A stretch of 64,000 nt of DNA, from positions 73,950 through 137,949 of the forward strand of contig DAAQ01000021.1 of the NCBI GenBank assembly GCA_001701225.1, written 5' to 3'. The translations under genes and the position numbers were made by a program. Source of the DNA: Bacteroidales bacterium H5. GTDB taxonomy: Bacteria; Bacteroidota; Bacteroidia; Bacteroidales; Muribaculaceae. Below the pieces are notes generated by a model that made no database searches, was not told where the DNA came from, and saw nothing but the letters and a program-made list of their open reading frames with translations. Numbering within the stretch: the stretch's first letter is position 1; every line of letters starts with the position of its first letter. This document shows, one piece after another, positions 62,623 through 64,000 of this stretch.

Positions 62623-63342
62623 ATGGACTGGGACTGGAATAAAATTAAGAAATCCGCTACCAAAACTCTATCAGATATAGGTGGGCAGATAGATAGTGCC
62701 ATTATCTCAACGACAGATTTTGTGCAGAAGGAGCTTGTTCCCGAAGTCACGAGATTCGGAGAGGATGTTGCGGACAAGGCCAAGGAGCTAACAGATGATG
62801 TCAGAGAGAGAGTCGAAGAGATGAGCCAGACAGCAAGCAAAAGAATCTCTGATTGGAGCCGGGAAGGGAAGGCAGATCATATACCTGAAAAATACACGGA
62901 AATCGTTAAGACTGCGCTTATAGCTGCGGCAGCCGCGGGTCCGCTTGGTGTTACCAGCGGTCTGGCTGATACGATCGCAGTTGCCGGAATATGGACTACA
63001 ATGTTCGTGGCCATACGTGCTAAAAGCAACCGGCAGTTCGGTAAAGACCCGAAGCGCATAGCCGGTGGTGTTGCTTCGGGAATCGTGAAATATTACATAG
63101 GATGTAAGTTGGCCACATACAGCTGTTTCCTGATTCCTGGTGCTGGATTTTTAGCCGGAATGGGTGTCAGTGCAGTCTGCAATATATATTTCACCTATAA
63201 TTTCGCATCCATAATTATCGAGCTAATGGATACCAAGGCCTCATACTCGGACGATGACATTGTAAATGAAATAATATCGTTGATAAAGAAGTTGCCGTCT
63301 CTAGAAGAGATAAAGGAAATAGTGTATATTTACAAATCCTGA
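62623..63342 (+). CDS. Hypothetical membrane-associated protein: N-terminal amphipathic helical repeats and C-terminal DUF697-like glycine-rich helices
   Basis: AAAAAGPLG..ADTIAVAGIWTTMF and FLIPGAGFLAGMGVSA..FTY segments. Confidence 0.6.
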   Translation: MDWDWNKIKKSATKTLSDIGGQIDSAIISTTDFVQKELVPEVTRFGEDVADKAKELTDDVRERVEEMSQTASKRISDWSREGKADHIPEKYTEIVKTALIAAAAAGPLGVTSGLADTIAVAGIWTTMFVAIRAKSNRQFGKDPKRIAGGVASGIVKYYIGCKLATYSCFLIPGAGFLAGMGVSAVCNIYFTYNFASIIIELMDTKASYSDDDIVNEIISLIKKLPSLEEIKEIVYIYKS

Positions 63343-63380
63343 ACATAGATTCAAACTCAGCAAATCACAAGGAATATTAT

Positions 63381-64000
63381 ATGCCACAACCAATCACACA
63401 CCAGATAGAGCAGATTCTTGACCGTCGACTCGGCCGGGGGCTCTATGAGGGGCGCGGCCACATTGATATTGTGCGCACCCGTAAAAATGACCTTCAGTCT
63501 GTACTTGAAACACTGAAAAATTACAGTGCGCTCAGGGAAAACATACTCTTCCAGATTGACAACAAGCAGGGAGAATATTTTGCCATGAGTATGGAGAATC
63601 CCGAATTTCCTGATGCAATCAGGGCAGCTTCGGCCGACGAGAGTATCACGGAAATAAAGAAGGCGTTGGATGAGCTTGAGCTTCTCGATCACAGATTCGG
63701 GCGTGACACCATCAACATAAGTGTCATCGGACGTGCCCGTCAGGGCAAGAGCCGTCTGTTGCAGTCTATCAGCGGTCTTGCAGATGAGGTTATTCCGGCT
63801 TCAAACGGTGGCGACTGCACCGGAGCCAAGTCTGTAATCTGCAATCAGCCCGGTCTGTCAAAGGCTCGCGCCGATGTTATTTTCTATACGGAATTTGAAC
63901 TCATCGAGCAGGTGCGCCGTTATCTCACGGAACTCAATATACCGTCCAATATCGGTTCTGTCTTTCAGATTCCCTCGCTGAACACATATATTGAGGAGTT
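63381..64000 (+). CDS. Dynamin-like / P-loop GTPase, N-terminal part (truncated by the window end)
   Basis: Manual translation: MPQPITHQIEQILDRRLG...coiled coil...RFGRDTINISVIGRARQGKSRLLQSISGL..VIPASNGGDCTG; open to the edge and absent from the ORF track. Confidence 0.75.
   Translation, partial: MPQPITHQIEQILDRRLGRGLYEGRGHIDIVRTRKNDLQSVLETLKNYSALRENILFQIDNKQGEYFAMSMENPEFPDAIRAASADESITEIKKALDELELLDHRFGRDTINISVIGRARQGKSRLLQSISGLADEVIPASNGGDCTGAKSVICNQPGLSKARADVIFYTEFELIEQVRRYLTELNIPSNIGSVFQIPSLNTYIEE

Noticed and set aside
63357..63692. 111-aa minus-strand ORF from the track
   Set aside because: Antisense to the plus-strand GTPase frame, which carries a clear P-loop.

Overview
A gene-dense window of a Bacteroidales chromosome. 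TAnnTTTG promoter elements, a T9SS cargo protein, a UpxY gene and high GC at third codon positions point to a Muribaculaceae-like organism (inference). Positions 1-38 kb are mostly housekeeping and metabolism: GH28, valS, cvpA-sufB, alaS, nrdDG, comF-recX-prmC-histidine kinase, class I fumarase, AraC/MATE, mutS2, Dus, sdhCAB/frdCAB, plsC and an rhaMBATD rhamnose operon. Positions 38.3-48 kb hold a partly AT-rich Wzx/Wzy polysaccharide locus (gmd, gnu, glycosyltransferases, acetyltransferase). Positions 48-57 kb carry tdk, a tailless ssb, maf, a TonB receptor/DUF4249 pair and an acyltransferase. From 57.2 kb to the end is an accessory block and the best candidate for a novel system: a 1264-aa SF2 helicase fused to a C-terminal PD-(D/E)xK-like nuclease, divergent from a UpxY/NusG-paralog-led operon whose visible genes are not capsule genes but small hypotheticals, a DUF697-like membrane protein and a dynamin-like GTPase cut off by the window edge. 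Other oddities are a 16-Cys metallothionein-like tail on SdhC, heptamer-repeat intergenic tracts, and a palindrome flanked by DnaA-box-like repeats upstream of nrdD. No tRNA, rRNA, CRISPR array or transposase was seen. All product calls come from motif recognition by eye, not database searches.
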